A stretch of 58,801 nucleotides of DNA, the filler included, from Dugesia japonica (taxonomy: Eukaryota): assembly GCA_001938525.1 (NCBI GenBank). It is 6 parts of 6 records of this genome, joined end to end, with 100 filler letters (N's around TTAATTAATTAA, not from the genome) between each part and the next. Parts side by side here need not be neighbours in the genome. Positions count along the whole stretch, not along the records: positions 8,233 to 19,177 come from MQRL01524870.1; positions 19,278 to 28,412 come from MQRL01579085.1; 4 more parts are not named here. One strand, 5' to 3'. Positions 13,547 through 24,886 of this stretch are shown here, piece by piece. The notes under the pieces were generated by a model. It was not told where the DNA came from and ran no database searches. It saw only the letters and a list, made by a program, of their open reading frames with translations. A program made the translations under genes and the position numbers. Position 1 is the first letter of the stretch. Every line of letters starts with the position of its first letter.

Positions 13547-13769
13547 ATTATCTCACATTATACTTGCTGATCCATGGGGTTTTAGAGAATGTAAAAGTCG
13601 ATTTGAATCCCCATTCTATATGAATTGGACTCTTAGTTTATTGAGCTTTTTATTTAAATATTTAAATCCCTTGTTTCCTGTCAGACTTTTTGGTCCTTTT
13701 GCACCTTATATTCTTAGATTGGTCAGACAGGATCTTGGAATAACTTTTACTCCTGCTCAAATATCTCTG
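13547..13769 (+). CDS. ABHD4/ABHD5 (CGI-58)-like alpha/beta hydrolase, internal exon
   Basis: TTTTCTAG acceptor, GTAAGA donor. LSHIILADPWGF...LNPLFPVRLFGPFAPYILRLVRQD resembles ABHD4/5 HLILVDPWGF...NPLAVLRVAGPWGP..RPD. Confidence 0.8.
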
Positions 13770-14250
13770 GTAAGATTTTATTGTAATTTATTTGTAAACT
13801 ATTGAAATTAAAACCTAATTTTAATGTTTTCCTTGATTAAATTAATTTTATGTAACATTAATAGTTTATTATTTCTTTTTTGGTAGATATGCGAATTTTC
13901 GACTATTGTCTTCATTTATATCTCTGAATTCAGGAAGAGCATTTGTATAACAACTTTTTTTTGACAACTTTAAACCTTGTTTGATTTGTAATAGTAATTT
14001 TTAGTTTCCTTGCCATTTATTTAATTTTCTACTTTTACATTTATTCTGAATGTCCATAATTTTATTAAATATACATACTGATTCAACTTTCTAATTATAA
14101 AACGAATATTAATTCTTACAACTTATTGATATTATGAGATAAAATCTAAAATAATTATCTAAATGAATATGAGGACTAGTAAACTTTAGTTAAACTTAGT
14201 AAATTATGTGAATAATAATAATAATATTAATAATAATAATAATAATAATA

Positions 14251-14284
<34 letters not shown>

Positions 14285-14591
14285 NNNNNNNNNNNNNNNN
14301 NNNNNNNNNNNNNNNNNNNNNNNNNNNNNNNNNNNNNNNNNNNNNNNNNNNNNNNNNNNNNNNNNNNNNNNNNNNNNNNNNNNNNNNNNNNNNNNNNNNN
14401 NNNNNNNNNNNNNNNNNNNNNNNNNNNNNNNNNNNNNNNNNNNNNNNNATTATTATTATTATTATTATTATTATTATTTGACGGATTCTACATCGCTCTT
14501 GAAATTATTTTATTGAATTTTTTTATTGAAATTGCGCAATTGAAATTATATACTCATTTAAACTTTGTAAAAAGTTTGTTTTAATATTCTT

Positions 14592-14640
14592 TTATTGCCT
14601 GACGATGACGGTTATTCCTTCGAAATCTATCGCAAATAAA
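14592..14640 (+). ncRNA. Hammerhead ribozyme in 5' pseudo-LTR
   Basis: UUAUUGC-CUGACGA-U-GACGG-UUAUU-CCUUC-GAAA-UCUA-UC-GCAAAUAA; one mismatch in stem II. Confidence 0.75.
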
Positions 14641-16637
14641 TATTAAAAAAAATTATTTATTTAATTATTTATTTAAAAAAATTAACAATATTTTTTGAGT
14701 TTTTAAATCGTAATTATTCACTTGCGTTACCTGTTTTTAAGAGATATACATAAATATTTTGCTCTGTTAGAAGGAAATAATTGGACATATGTTTTTTGGA
14801 AACATGTATTGAAGAACAGATTATTCTGGTTTTTATTTTTAAATCCAAACTCCACAAATGCCTCTCAAATGAGGATGTCAGAATGATCCACAGGAAGATG
14901 CTCTGACGTTTGTTAGAAATGGAGAAGAAAAGAAGGAATGATTTAGTTAGACAATTATCAGTTTTGAGACTTGCTCTTTATGAGGTGACAGGCGATTATT
15001 GTTTTCAATAGTGTATTAAAGTTTCGATTGTAATTCTTTAAAATTACTCTCCAATAGGATCACTGCACAGACTAAGAAATTAATTAGAAAATGGTTTGGC
15101 GTTTTTAAATTTAATATAAAAAATACTGTTTTAAATATGAGTGATATTATATTAACTGATGATGAAATTAAAATTCTACGTTATGGACCAAGACATAGTA
15201 TTAAAAAAAGGATTAATCAAGTTAAATTTAAGTCTAAAATGGAATCAAGTTTCAATTTTATTTCAAAAAAGTTTGAAAATTTTAATTCTAATATTAAAAA
15301 TGGTTCTGATTTAAATTCTTTTATAAAAACACTGAATTATTTGTATAAAAATAGTAAGCAAGATAATAAAAAAATTTTAATATTAAAAAATCTATCTTCA
15401 AAAAATATTAAAGTTTGTAAGTTTGATAAAGGTAATGGATTTGTTATTCTGAATCATAAGGATTATATTGATAAATTGGCATCTATTTTAAGTAGTTCTT
15501 AATTTTGGAAAAATGGTCTTTTCCGAAAAAATGCTAAATTTCCACCTTTGAAAGACGAGGAATATTTGATTTCGTTACTTAATAGATTGTTAAAAATAAT
15601 AATATTACTAAGGATATATTTGAGAAATTAGGTCATAGAGGTTCGCAACCTGCGAAACTTTATGGGCTTCCTTAAGATGTTCCTATGCGTCCTGTTTTAT
15701 CCATGATAAAAACAGCTCAATATAAGGTTGCAAAACTGTTGGACTAGCTTATTAAGCCATTACGTAAATCTGAATTTGAGTGCAAAGATAGTTTTGAATT
15801 TTCATCTGTCATTTCTCAGTATCTATTTGCTAGTAACGATTGCTTTATGGTCTCATTTGATGTCACAAATTTATTTAATAATTAAAAGAAACAATAGATT
15901 AGTGTTGTGAAATATGTAATGATTTTAATTCTAATAAATCTTCTTTAGATGATATAGCGTTTCATGATCTTTTAACTTTTGCAACATCGAATGTTCAATT
16001 TCTTTTTAATAATGAATGGTATAGACATTTTGATGGTGAGGCGATGGGATCCACATTATGTCCAATATTATCTTCTATTTTCTTGTCTAAATTAGAGAGT
16101 AAGATTAATGATTATTCGTCTGTTANNNNNNNNNNNNNNNNNNNNNNNNNNNNNNNNNNNNNNNNNNNNNNNNNNNNNNNNNNNNNNNNNNNNNNNNNNN
16201 NNNNNNNNNNNNNNNNNNNNNNNNNNNNNNNNNNNNNGGTTGAAGAAGAGATCAATTCAACTATTCCATTTCTTGATTTGCTTATTGAAAGAAATAATAC
16301 TTCATTTGAAACAGATATATATATAAAAAGAAAACTGATACCGATTTGTTAACAAATCCTGCCAGTTTTTGTTACATAAAATATAAAAGTAATATGATCA
16401 AAGGACTAATTCATCGTTCTTGGTCCCTCTCTTCTACTTTTATCAAAGCAGACAATAGTCTAAAAAAATTAATTGACTTACTTCATAATAATGGGTATTC
16501 TAAATTGTTTACGAACAAATTAGTTTATGAAACTTTGAATAAACTTAATTGTGACTTGTCGTGTGTTGATGTATTCGAGGTTGTAGAAACAGATCCTAAA
16601 ATTGTTTTATCTTTACCTTATTCTGAAGGCTTTAAAG

Positions 16638-16928
16638 CAGTGTTGTTCAAACTTTTTTGAGCCACGGCACATTTTTTTTATCTGAATTAAAAATTTTCAC
16701 GGCACACTAATTTTGTGCTTCAATTGCAATTTCTTATTGCACTTTTATTAAAGATTTAAAATATTATTGCAAACAAATAGATTTCGCACTTAATTGACCA
16801 ATGAATATTTAAAATTTAAGCAACCGTCAAAAAATCCCTTTTTCAACTTTCTTTAATTTAGTTGTCAAAAAAACAGGGTATTTTTACTTTATTTGAAAAA
16901 TTTCGCGGCACAGGTTTGGACAACACTG
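16638..16928. mobile_element. hAT (Buster/Charlie-type) MITE inserted in the Penelope ORF
   Basis: TIRs CAGTGTTGTTCAAAC / GTTTGGACAACACTG; perfect 8-bp TSD CTTTAAAG (16630-37, 16929-36) with central TA; subterminal CGGCAC repeats. Confidence 0.92.
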
Positions 16929-17442
16929 CTTTAAAGAATTCAAACTTTTGATTGAAAATGCTGTTAAGAATATTTTAAATATAAAGATTGTATCTCAATC
17001 TCATAAAGTTATAAATATGTTCAATAATAAATCTATAATCTCTTTAGGATGTGCTCTGATTTGGTCTATAAATTTAAATGTAATATTTGTAATGACACAT
17101 ACATTGAGAGACTTCCCGTCATCTCTTCACCAGAGTTCAAGAGCATAGTCGAAATAGTGGTAATAGTAATATTGCTGAGCATCAGAGAAAATGTAGAAAA
17201 TCAATAGGGTGTTCTGATTTTAAAATTCTGTGCAGTGGATTTAATAATTATTGGGAGAGAGTTATGTGTGAAGCTTTGTTGATAAGGGCATTAAATCGTA
17301 AAATTAATGTTCAGTTGACGGATTCAACATCGCTCTTTAATTATTTTATTTAAAATTTATTTTATTGAAATTTTTTATTGATATTGCACAATTGAAATTA
17401 TATAATAATTTAAACTTTGTAAAAAGTTTGTTTTAATATTCT

Positions 17443-17492
17443 TTAATTTCCTGACGATGACGGTTATTCCGTCGAAATTGATCGCAAATAAA
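17443..17492 (+). ncRNA. Hammerhead ribozyme in 3' pseudo-LTR
   Basis: CUGACGA-U-GACGG-UUAUU-CCGUC-GAAA-UUGA-UC-GCAAAUAA; perfect 5-bp stem II, weakened stem I. Confidence 0.75.
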
Positions 17493-18207
17493 TATNNNNN
17501 NNNNNNNNNNNNNNNNNNNNNNNNNNNNNNNNNNNNNNNNNNNNNNNNNNNNNNNNNNNNNNNNNNNNNNNNNNNNNNNNNNNNNNNNNNNNNNNNNNNN
17601 NNNNNNNNNNNNNNNNNNNNNNNNNNNNNNNNNNNNNNNNNNNNNNNNNNNNNNNNNNNNNNNNNNNNNNNNNNCTTAAAGACTTCGATTTATCATATTC
17701 CATTAATAATTCTTCATGAACTATACTAGTTTCCAAATTTCTATCATTTTGTTAAAAAAGTAGCACTTGGTAAAAATTTCTTTTGTGAAACGAAACTTTC
17801 CTTTATTTATTTATTTTTGTTCAAACAATGTAACCAATTCCCACATTTCCTAATATTCGGCAGTAAGAAAGTTAAAATATCTTTCTTCCACCTTAGTTCA
17901 TTTTCCTTTGCACATCAAATAATACAATAACATTTAAATGTCTTGTATGAAAAAGTGAGTGTGTATTAATAAAATGTTGTTTTTGGAAAAAATGAAACTT
18001 CGGAAAAATAAAGGTTTTTAAATATAAATATTTATTAAGTTTATTTTCTTCCAAATTTTCGATGATAAAAACTTAACTGATGAAGTAGTTTCAATTTTCT
18101 TTTGCAGTTTTTTTTCGATTTATTAAATCTTGTATCTTGAATAAGNNNNNNNNNNNNNNNNNNNNNNNNNNNNNNNNNNNNNNNNNNNNNNNNNNNNNNN
18201 NNNNNNN

Positions 18208-18278
<71 letters not shown>

Positions 18279-18370
18279 CCTAATTTCTAACAAACCATTT
18301 AGTTTTAATATACATCAATTAATTATGCATAATAAAATGTTTAAGGTTTGTTATAATTTTAAATATTTAG

Positions 18371-18549
18371 AATATAAAAGATAATCAGGATACATCTAAT
18401 GAATCACTAGAGAAATCTGGTGATATTGGAGAAATAAAAACTGAATCACAAAAACCAATTGATAAGCACAATTTTGTGTTAAAACAAACTGAATCAGATT
18501 TAAGTGCAATATTCGATTATGTTTACCATTGCAACACAAGGAATCCTAG
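18371..18549 (+). CDS. ABHD4/ABHD5-like hydrolase, next exon
   Basis: TTTAG acceptor in phase 0 with the donor at 13770; open frame ending AIFDYVYHCNTRNP (cf. ABHD4/5 YIYHCNAQNPSGE); GT at 18550. Not in the ORF track. Confidence 0.8.
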
Positions 18550-18622
18550 GTTAATAATATAATATTAATCTAATTTTCTTATTCTCACTAAATTTATATT
18601 TTCTATATATTTAAGAATTTTT

Positions 18623-18800
18623 TTTAAAATAAAAGCTTCGATTAAAATTGTTTTTTTTTAATTTGGTATTTGATAGCAATTGCTATCAAATACCACATTT
18701 TAAAAAAAATTGATTGAAGCTTTTATTTTAAATGAATTCTGTAAAACGATCAATGGTTATGTCCAACAATTATTCTCGCAATAATTGCAATTGTAAAATT
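18623..18800 (+). repeat. Small fold-back repeat family, copy 2 (perfect 32-bp central palindrome, no hammerhead core)
   Basis: TGGTATTTGATAGCAA|TTGCTATCAAATACCA at 18664-18695, arms extending to 18623/18732, followed by the shared tail GAATTCTGTAAAACGATCAATGGTTA...GCAATTGTAAAAT. Confidence 0.85.
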
Positions 18801-19177
18801 AAGAATTTTTGTTTAAAAAAATGTCAACTTTTCAACAAATAATTAATTAAAATTTCACACGTTAATAAAAATCACTTTAAAATTTACCGTTTTCTTATTG
18901 ATTTCAATTCAAATAAAACAGTCTTTTTAAAAATATAAAATGTTTGTTCATATTATCAAAAGTCTCTGAAAATAACCACTTGCAGTTTATATGTAATAAA
19001 TATTTTATTAGTCATGATGTTAGAATTTCAATAATCTTTGTCATATTAATTTTGGAACCAAGAATCTAATATTAACAAGTGAATATAAATAAAACAGATA
19101 GATATAAATTTCACTAAATTAAAAAGCGTATATCAAAACGGTGTTATTTTTATGACTTCAACCGTTTAGTAATAATA

Positions 19178-19277
19178 NNNNNNNNNNNNNNNNNNNNNNN
19201 NNNNNNNNNNNNNNNNNNNNNTTAATTAATTAANNNNNNNNNNNNNNNNNNNNNNNNNNNNNNNNNNNNNNNNNNNN
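19178..19277. other. Artificial contig-joining spacer
   Basis: N44-TTAATTAATTAA-N44. Confidence 0.95.
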
Positions 19278-19880
19278 CATTACAAACTTTTTTCGATAAA
19301 TACAACGAATTAATTCGATTTTTAAGAACTGTCCTTGAACTAATTACAACTGATGACTACAAAATTATAGTCAAAGCAGACAAAACACGTTTTTGGTCTT
19401 TACGAAAGACCAACAATTCATGAAGTGGTGATCCTTACAGTTGACGAATAATTTAACTCGTGTTATATATTCTTCATAGCAAAAATGGTGATGTTCAGCT
19501 AGTCTCAGAAATTCATCACTCAAGCAGTTGTAGGACATCCAAATTTAAATTCGACCGACACATAAGTCCGTTTATACACTGTTCACCCCAACAATACAGA
19601 ATGCTTTTAGTTACAATTACTGTTAATCAATGTACGTAGACCGAGTAGGTCAAGTATGTGCCACTTATCGTTAAGGTTTCCAAGAATTGAATATTTTGGA
19701 AAATATTGCACATTGGGTCACTTCACTCGCTGATGCATCGAATACTGTTCAACCACAGCAAATACGCACGTCATTTGCAATAATATTGACTACGTGCTTC
19801 AATAAACAGAATTAAAATACAAATCCTTTCTTTCTTTGAGTAGCATTGCACCGCATGCCGGGTATTCGCTAGTCATAATT
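19278..19880 (+). mobile_element. Helitron Rep/helicase remnants (internally deleted)
   Basis: NELIRFLRTVLE..TDDYKIIVKADKT...PTIHEVVILTV...VSEIH, and RLYTVHPNNTECF*LQLLLINVRRP, typical of RepHel segments. Confidence 0.7.
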
Positions 19881-19949
19881 CTACCTCCAAACCATAAAAA
19901 AGTGGATTTGTTATTTTGCAGTAAATAAGAAAGAAAAGTTATATTTTCA

Positions 19950-21195
19950 ATATATATACAACATGATCCAACAATAATTGAATTTTTCTATGATTAACAT
20001 TGACATCAGCTTCTCTTGAAGTAATAATCTAGTTAATGGTCCAAGGCATCGTGCTAAAGAGAAAAGTAAGTAATTTTTCTTCAGAACCCAAAATGTTGTT
20101 TGTAGTACGGTCCACAATGCATCCAGGTCATTGCACATAGATTTCTAGCTTCGTTTATTCAAAGAATGAAACAAGCCGAGATCATTAATGTTTAATTTTG
20201 TAGATTGAACATGCTGGTTCGTAACAGTGACGGTTGGAATTAAACTGTCCCCAAAATCCTTAAACTTTTGTGTGTTGTTTTTACCAATATGTGGATGAGT
20301 ATTATCCATTTGAATAAAAACGTTTTTGCAGCAGTGCATCTTGTTTGAAATTAGAGGCATGATTTTATTATACACCAGCTTGTAAAAGATTGCAGAAGTC
20401 ATTGTGCAATCGACTTTGTAAACATCCCCTTTTGTATGGTTTTTTGAATATCGCTGGGCTACGTGGTCTTCTTGAATCCTCCAAATGCCGATTAGACCGT
20501 TGAAATTATTTTCAGAATTCGGTTTGGCAACAGCAGTTATTATCATAATTTTAGGGATATTAGCCTTGCTTATTAAGAGTACATTCTTCTTTCAACTATT
20601 CTCGTGATATCTTTCATGACTGAAGGAATACAATTCAAAACATTTTTCAACAATGTCCACATAATTATCCCATGTATTATATCTGTGTTGTCGGCACAAC
20701 TTCAACCTTTTGATCATCTGTTAAAAGTGGGCATGTTCTTCTCAGTACGAATCAGAATTCTTCATCTTTAATTATTCTTTAAACACTAGTATTTGGAATG
20801 GCTGTATCTTTTGAAATGTCACATATGCTACTAGAGCGACGTTTACGATTGACATTTGTTACTGCTGCCACCCGTTCTTCGTTGTTTGCAACATAAGGTC
20901 TACCAGAGCCTCGTTTTCTTGCAATTGTATCACGTTCAAAAAAATTTTCCCTCAAATTTCTAACATAGTTTTTATTGACATTGAATGTCTGGCATAATTC
21001 TTTGACCGTTGAGTACTCTGGTTTCACCTTTCCTATCTTAAAAATTAATATCTCATAATTTAATAATATAATCATTTTTTCTTCTTCGGATAAAGTTGAC
21101 ATTTTAAACGTCTTCCTAAAATTAAAAAAGCTAGTTATAACAAAATTTAAATGACTTGATTGAATTTGATATATTGATAAAATTAATAAATCCAC
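19950..21195 (-). mobile_element. Tc1/mariner transposase pseudogene related to the DD39D (plant-mariner-like) group
   Basis: RKRGSGRP linker; MIITAVAKP...FNGLIGIW; FIQMDNTHPH...QSTKLNINDLGLFHSL, with 40 residues between the last two Asp. Confidence 0.8.
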
Positions 21196-21382
21196 TTTTT
21201 ATGTTTTGGAGGTAAGTATATTATTTAATTAGTTACTGATTTATTCTATACTTTTTCATTTATTTGTATTGTAATTTATATATAATTTACAATTTATTCT
21301 GTTTTTAATTAAATTTATAATATTTATAATCCAATATTTATAAAAGTATAAAATATTTTATTAAAATTCATTTAATTTTTAG

Positions 21383-23224
21383 ATGAATAAAAACGCTACA
21401 AATAAAGTTGCATCTACCTCAGGAATGACAGTAGACCATTTAATGAAGTGCAGTAAAAACTTTGATTTGATCAACTTTATTAATGTTACCAACAATAACA
21501 CTAACAATCATTCTATTAATATCAGTAATATGGCACTTTCATCTTCAGATGAAAATCATATTTCACAAATGTCTTCTAGTATCATCAAACCACTTTCATC
21601 GCCTCCGATAAATAATCAATTAGTACAGAAAAATCATTCACTGATAAATTCAGTTTCTACAAAAGATCCATCTTCAAATCGTCTTTGTTTACCAAGGCAA
21701 CGATCTTTCGATCAGGGTGGAGAAGGAAAATTGTCTTCATCTCAAGTTAAACAGAAACTTAAAGAATGCGTGTTAAATAAGAAAATAAGCAAACTTAATA
21801 AGTCTCCTATGACCGCTCCTTCTCCTCAGAATTCATTTGAATCTGAAGAACCACAAAGTAATCCAGTAGTTCCAACTAATCAACCGACGTCTGTCATGAG
21901 TAGTTATCCATTACCAACAAATAATGAATCCATAAGTATTTCTCAAGACGATTTTCCGATTCGTAAAACTTCATCTTTACCAAATTTAAAAGTTCGATCT
22001 GCTCTTAAGCAAAAAGCTCTTGACCGAAGACCCAGTCCTTTATCAAAACGGCGGTCGAAAATGTCATCTATTGAGCGTGGTAGCAATGGAACAACTGTCA
22101 GTGGACTTACTATGTATAATCAAAGTTCTATTTTAAATAGTGAAAGTTCAATGAGTAGTAATAATATAAATAGCAATAACAATAATCCCAATATAGCTTT
22201 ATCTCAAAGCAACCCAATTCCATCATCCCAAATAAGTTTTGGAAAATATCAACCTCACCTTTACGACAACGAAAGTGGTTCATCAATGCCCATTAATTTA
22301 TTAACATCTGGGCCATTCAAGTCCATAAATCCCACACCACAACCAGAATTATTTCAACCGAATTTTTCTTCATATCAGTTGCCGTTACAGGCTCTTTTCA
22401 GCTCTCAGTCACAGCTTATACCTTCATTTACTAGCTTACCAAATCTAAACCTTGCTCATTCATTATCCGCACTATTATTGGCAAATAAACCTTCAGAGTC
22501 TGTTGTTGATTTTAATCATCATAATCAAAACAATGACACCTCAATGTCTGTTGAAATGAAAGAAATAGATTCTTCATGCTCCCAATCTCCAGATGTTGTT
22601 ATTGATCCCAGTCTTGTTTCTGGTAATTCTTCAGCTACTTTACCATCATCTATCAATAAACTTATTCCTCATGGATATAGTCCTCGTAGAAATGTTAATT
22701 CGGGAAATTCAGTATCTGGTCGACCACGTTCTCATAGAATTTTAAATCGCACAAATTCAGCTCCTTTACCATTAGGTAATGGAGCAAATGCTGCTTCAGC
22801 ATTACAAATGGCAATTCAAGAACAAAAACTTTTGCTAGTAAAAGCACAACTACGTCAAAAAGTTTTACATCGAACCAATACTGGAAAAATCAATCCAGGT
22901 ACTGAAGAGTTTCAGATGTCAATGGATGGAAATAATGAGTTTGATTGGAAAAATGTTTGTACTCGTACATTGTCAGATAGTTTAATTACATCCAATGAAA
23001 AAACACCACAAAGGTCATTATCACTTGATGACAGCTCATCGGAATTTGATGTTGGACAACATATTTTATCCGCACCGTTTAGTCCGGATGCAAACAAATT
23101 GAACAATTCATTTCAATTTCGTATGCTTCCAAATCATTCCACATCAAGTGGATTTAATATTCAAACTTCAAACTCTGGTTCTATAAATAAACTTCCTTCG
23201 CCGATTCTAGAAGAAAAGATTCTT
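21383..23224 (+). CDS. HDAC4: Class IIa histone deacetylase (HDAC4/5/7/9 family), large N-terminal regulatory exon
   Basis: TTTTTAG acceptor and GTAAGT donor at 23225. SSQVKQKLKECVLNKK (MEF2-binding-like), DFPIRKTSSLPNLKVRSALKQKALDRRPSPL (14-3-3 site/NLS), SLPNL, HRILNRTNSAPLP. The catalytic domain is not in this contig. Confidence 0.85.
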
Positions 23225-23256
23225 GTAAGTTTTATTGAAAATACTGTTCAATTTTA

Positions 23257-23320
<64 letters not shown>

Positions 23321-23899
23321 NNNNNNNNNNNNNNNNNNNNNNNNNNNNNNNNNNNNNNNNNNNNNNNNNNNNNNNNNNNNNNNAACAACAACAATAATAG
23401 TATTATTAATAATAATAAAATCACACAATTACTCTACTTTTTGTGCATATTTTTTCTAATACAACGGAGAAATATTTTTTAATATTATTTAAAAATAAAT
23501 AAATATTATATATATATTTGTAAGAATTTTTTATTTTTTTTAAATGTTTTAACTATCATTATTGAACATTTTTCTTGAAATACGATTATTGACATTCATG
23601 TATTTGTATTAGTTTATTAATTCTAAAGTTTAGATTTGTAATTGAAATGTTCAATACAGTAACTGGTACCGGAAATGGAAAGAAATCAAATTGAAGGAGT
23701 GCCATTTGAAAATTGAAAATGTTTGAAACAATCAAAATTAAATGAATCCATAAAAATTTATTCAAATCAAATAAATAGAAGCTATTATTAAAATAATTTT
23801 GCGATGTTTTTTTATTTTAAATACTTGAATTTTTTTGTATTTTTTTCATTGTTAATTTCAATTTTGAACATTCTCATATGGTCATTCTTATCTATCTTG

Positions 23900-24880
23900 A
23901 CTTTTATTACGTGTTTCTAATTTTATTAGCACGTCTTCTTCCACATTGAATTTCTTCATTGTTTGTTCTTCCAGCTTTTTTTTATATTTATTTCTTGGAC
24001 ACATACTATTTTACCCTGCTAATCTTTTTCCAAAGATACCTTTACTTTGAATTTTATTCTGTCGTATTTCGTTTGGGATTAATCAACGTAAATTCGATTT
24101 CCGGAAGTATCTCTGTACAATTCATCTTGCTTAAGTAGTATAATGGTAGTAGTATATGGTCTTAAATTGCGTGCAACAGTACTTTACTCCCAGTAACTCC
24201 TTCCTTGTAGTACAATACCTTTTTTCGTTGCTTGACATTGAGTGTGGCCCATACAACTTTACTCTCTCCTTTCCATCTTTATCTCTTTCTGGTAGTACCA
24301 TTGTGATGGTATCAAAAATGGTACCTGTATCTTAGAGTAACTCCCTCCTCAGTTCTGGAAATCTTAGGAACCATGCTGTCCTAGATGCCACCTTCAATCT
24401 CTCAAAGACGTTATTTATTTCCTCCGTGCATTTAAATCTTTTGTTATTTGTTATCTTCAAAATTATTTTAACATTCTGGTTTTTTTCGCATGCACACTGA
24501 TAAATCATCTGTTTTTATTGCAAATGCCTAAAAAGCTTCAAGGGTTTTTAACATAACTTGAGATTAAAAATTTTGTATGACTTCAATTTTAGAATGGTTG
24601 GTCTGTACTCTGTTTTACTGTTTATGTGTTTTAACAACTTTATTAATTTTGGTAATAATTGACTATTTTCTCGTTAAATCTTTTTTCCTGCTTCCATGAT
24701 CTCCTTTAATGTTTCCTCGATTATTNTATAAAGTTGTTCTTTATTGCTCAAATAAATCATCATTTCATTTAAATGAATAAGAATTATCTTTGTCATATTT
24801 TCATCAACATCTCATCTATAATTGGCACTGTTACCACGTTTAACCTTTGGAAATCTAAAAAATCCTTATATATTTTTATC
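23900..24880 (-). mobile_element. Gypsy/Ty3 pol remnant (RT/RNase H)
   Basis: Minus strand ...SMSSNEKRYCTTRKELLGVKYCCTQFK and AFLGIC; heavily decayed, boundaries approximate. Confidence 0.7.
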
Positions 24881-24886
24881 ATACAC

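Larger units (their letters stand above)
14478..17495 (+). mobile_element. Penelope-like retroelement (RT + GIY-YIG), near complete, decayed, with direct pseudo-LTRs; intronic
   Basis: Peptides KFDKGNGFVIL, LYGLP, PMRPVLS, MVSFDVTNL, GEAMGSTLCPILS, IPFLDLLI, GIY-YIG-type VYKFKCNICNDTYI..TSRHLFTRVQEH and EALLI. Direct repeats at 14478-14643 and 17315-17495. Confidence 0.9.

Noticed and set aside
14208-14516. Poly-N/poly-Y ORF and other X-filled ORFs (17457, 23207, 25525, 32353, 38236, 56828)
   Set aside because: Artefacts of microsatellites and N gaps.
19351-19380. CTGATGA hammerhead-like core
   Set aside because: Lies in Helitron coding sequence; lacks GAAA and stems.
22912-23106. Antisense ORFs over HDAC4, the Asn-rich exon and gag
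   Set aside because: Shadow frames of real coding sequence, with no independent signals.
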